Below are positions 61,923-64,000 of a stretch of 64,000 nt of DNA, in pieces (the first letter of the stretch is position 1; each line of letters opens with the position of its first letter). This DNA is from Chiloscyllium plagiosum. Lineage: Eukaryota. The translations under genes and the position numbers were made by a program. Where the stretch lies: NCBI RefSeq assembly GCF_004010195.1, contig NC_057744.1, positions 29,253,055-29,317,054 of the forward strand. Direction: 5' to 3'. The notes under the pieces are model-generated. The model did no database searches and had not been told where the DNA came from. It worked only from the letters and a program-made list of their open reading frames with translations.

Positions 61923-63714
61923 CTGAAAACAACATGTTCAGCTTCAGGGGCTGGACTGTACGTGCTTATGAACCAGATGTGGTTTCCAAGCTGCTGGTTA
62001 GCTCCCAGTGCGTTCAACTATCTTGTGGGCGCTCAGTTGGCTCCATTGTGACAGTGCCAAATGCTATTGATATCTCTGATGACTGCAAATCAGTGTGTAC
62101 AACACAAGAGTCGTTGCTGCCAACTGCCCAGCATTACTCCGCAGTGTTGGCAGACAATCCTTGTTCAGCAAGCAGCTCCTTTCATATGCAAATTAGCCTT
62201 CAGAGCCACACGTGGGATTTGATGTTAATAAGGACAAAAAAAATGCTGGAAATGCACCGCAAGTCAATCAGTGTCTGAAAGTAAAAGACAGGCTAACATT
62301 TTGGGTGAAGCCCTTTGGCAGGACTGGAGAATTCTGTTAAGGAGCCGCAGCTGCAGCATTAACCTCCATTCAACTGGTATTTTATTGCTGAGGGCTGCTC
62401 ACTTCCAACATGTGCAGTCAGCAGCCCTGCAGGACAAAGCTTACCCTATTCTGTCAGATTTCTTTGGCCAGACAAACAGTATAAACAATGTTCCTGTCTT
62501 ATTGGCATGAATGAATTTCCTGTTGTTACCCATATCATCAGCCCCAAAAACACGTGTGAGGGTCACATGCACCATTGAAACCATCTTTGTTCATTCCATC
62601 TCTCTGTCTCTCCCCTTGTCCACAAAGCTAAGCTTCCCCACCTCACCTCCCCCAGCAAGGTTTCTGTTGCTTCTGAGACAAAGCTACATCTTTCTCCAGT
62701 TTCTCTTGCCATGAGCCTCTATTGTCTCTTCAAGCTGATCTTGTTCATCAGACCCAACCCCTGTTCTCCCAATCCTATTTCTACTAACCTTCTGACTCCT
62801 CAAACTCCCTTCTTGGCTCCCATTGCTCAACTGATATTGTGATGCTGTGTATATTTCAGCGCTTCTTCTAATTTGCCATTACCACCCAACTCCTCAAAAG
62901 AGAGATGACTCTAGTGTTCAGTTTTTCTGAGTTCTGTTATGTGAGGATGTTTACCATTGATGCTTACTGTGCTCGGTTAGTTAAGCCTGGGTTTGGACAT
63001 GGAGGAAAGTGAACAAACTGTCAAAGACACTGGGAGCAAAGAGCCGTGAGCATGGAGCAGACATTTTAAAGCACTGTGAATAATCTTTATATATGCATGT
63101 GGATCAGTACAATCAATGGGTGCCACAGAAGTTGGAGTACCTTATGAGCCCCAGAATCAATATTTTAGTTCAATTTGATAAGCTGGCTTTAAAATTTTGA
63201 TTTTTATTCGTGTTACTTTAAGAGCTCGTTCTTTAGACAACTAATTGATTCGATTTACTCAAAACAGTATAAACTAGCGTGTTATCTCTATGCAGTCCAC
63301 AGTACGCAAGGTCAGTCTCCTCTCTGACCTTGTAAATATAACCTGACCACTTGACTTTTTATTCCAAAGTCCTCGAATGTGTTGTTTCCTTCCAAATTCC
63401 TGTCCATTCTTAGGTCTTTTTCCGGCAACTTCTGTTTCCATTTCAGCATGTAAATGAGTGAATGAATGATTTTTATTGTCATGTGTATTTTACAGTGAAA
63501 TACAAGAAGCTTTGTTCCCATAATCCGGTGTCATTTTGATAATTTTACTATAAGAGGAAATGAAAATGTACAGCTTAAAGAGAAGGCCATTACATTTGAA
63601 TTCTGAGCTGGCACATCAGATAAAACTAACAGTGAAGTCGTCGATCCTCAGACTCCATCTTTCACTGCTGGGCCTACCTCACTGACATCACCTCAGATTT
63701 GCTCTCCTCCCCCA

Positions 63715-64000
63715 CACTGGGCTCACCCTCCCCTCGCACTGGGCTCACTCTCCCCCCGCACTGGACTCACTTTTCCCCTCGCACTGGGCTCACTCTCCCC
63801 TAGCACTGGGATCACTCTCCCCTCGCACCGGGCTCACTCTCCCCCTCACACTGGACTCACTTTCCCCTCACACTGGGCTCACTCTCCCCTAGCACTGGAC
63901 TCACTTTGCCCCCACACTGGGCTCACTCTCCCCCCACACTGGGCTCACTCTCTCCTCGCACTGGACTCGCTCTCCCCTCGCACTGGGCTCACTCTCCCCT
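63715..64000. repeat. 22-bp minisatellite, about 13 units, continuing past the window end
   Basis: Unit CACTGGGCTCACTCTCCCCTCG with 22/23-bp variants. Confidence 0.95.

Noticed and set aside
63312-63521. 69-aa minus-strand ORF as a host exon
   Set aside because: Resembles the antisense of a decayed L2-type LINE fragment and overlaps a LINE-like tail
63715-64000. CRISPR array
   Set aside because: Contiguous tandem units with no unique spacers

Overview
Eukaryotic, repeat-rich non-coding DNA from a cartilaginous fish, probably a carpet or bamboo shark. The assignment rests on HE1 SINEs with (GATTCTAT)n/(AATCT)n tails, HER1/CR1 LINE fragments and SacSINE1/Deu-like SINEs. No host protein-coding gene is confidently identifiable: the ORF track is mostly retroelement debris or chance ORFs, and four long ORFs run through a 453-N gap (34767-35219). 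Recognisable content includes about 10 HE1 SINEs, more than 12 CR1 fragments, L2/RTE/Rex1 remnants, a 585-bp solo LTR with a 4-bp TSD, a deleted endogenous retrovirus with a capsid-like gag remnant (32911-36158), an interstitial telomeric array and a 22-bp minisatellite. The strongest signal is a dense set (about 20 copies, at least 5 sequence families) of minimal hammerhead-ribozyme motifs: CTGANGA + 1 extra nt + stem II + GAAA + palindromic ACGT/AGCT. They sit in Penelope-like element (PLE) termini. Many copies are tiny TSD-flanked insertions (34-250 bp) that start, fold back or switch template at the ribozyme core. These include a perfect tandem dimer (15679-15814) and a two-family chimera (57984-58230). 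Coordinates were read by eye; boundaries of old repeats are approximate (about +/-20 bp), and family names come from recalled consensus sequences, not a database search.
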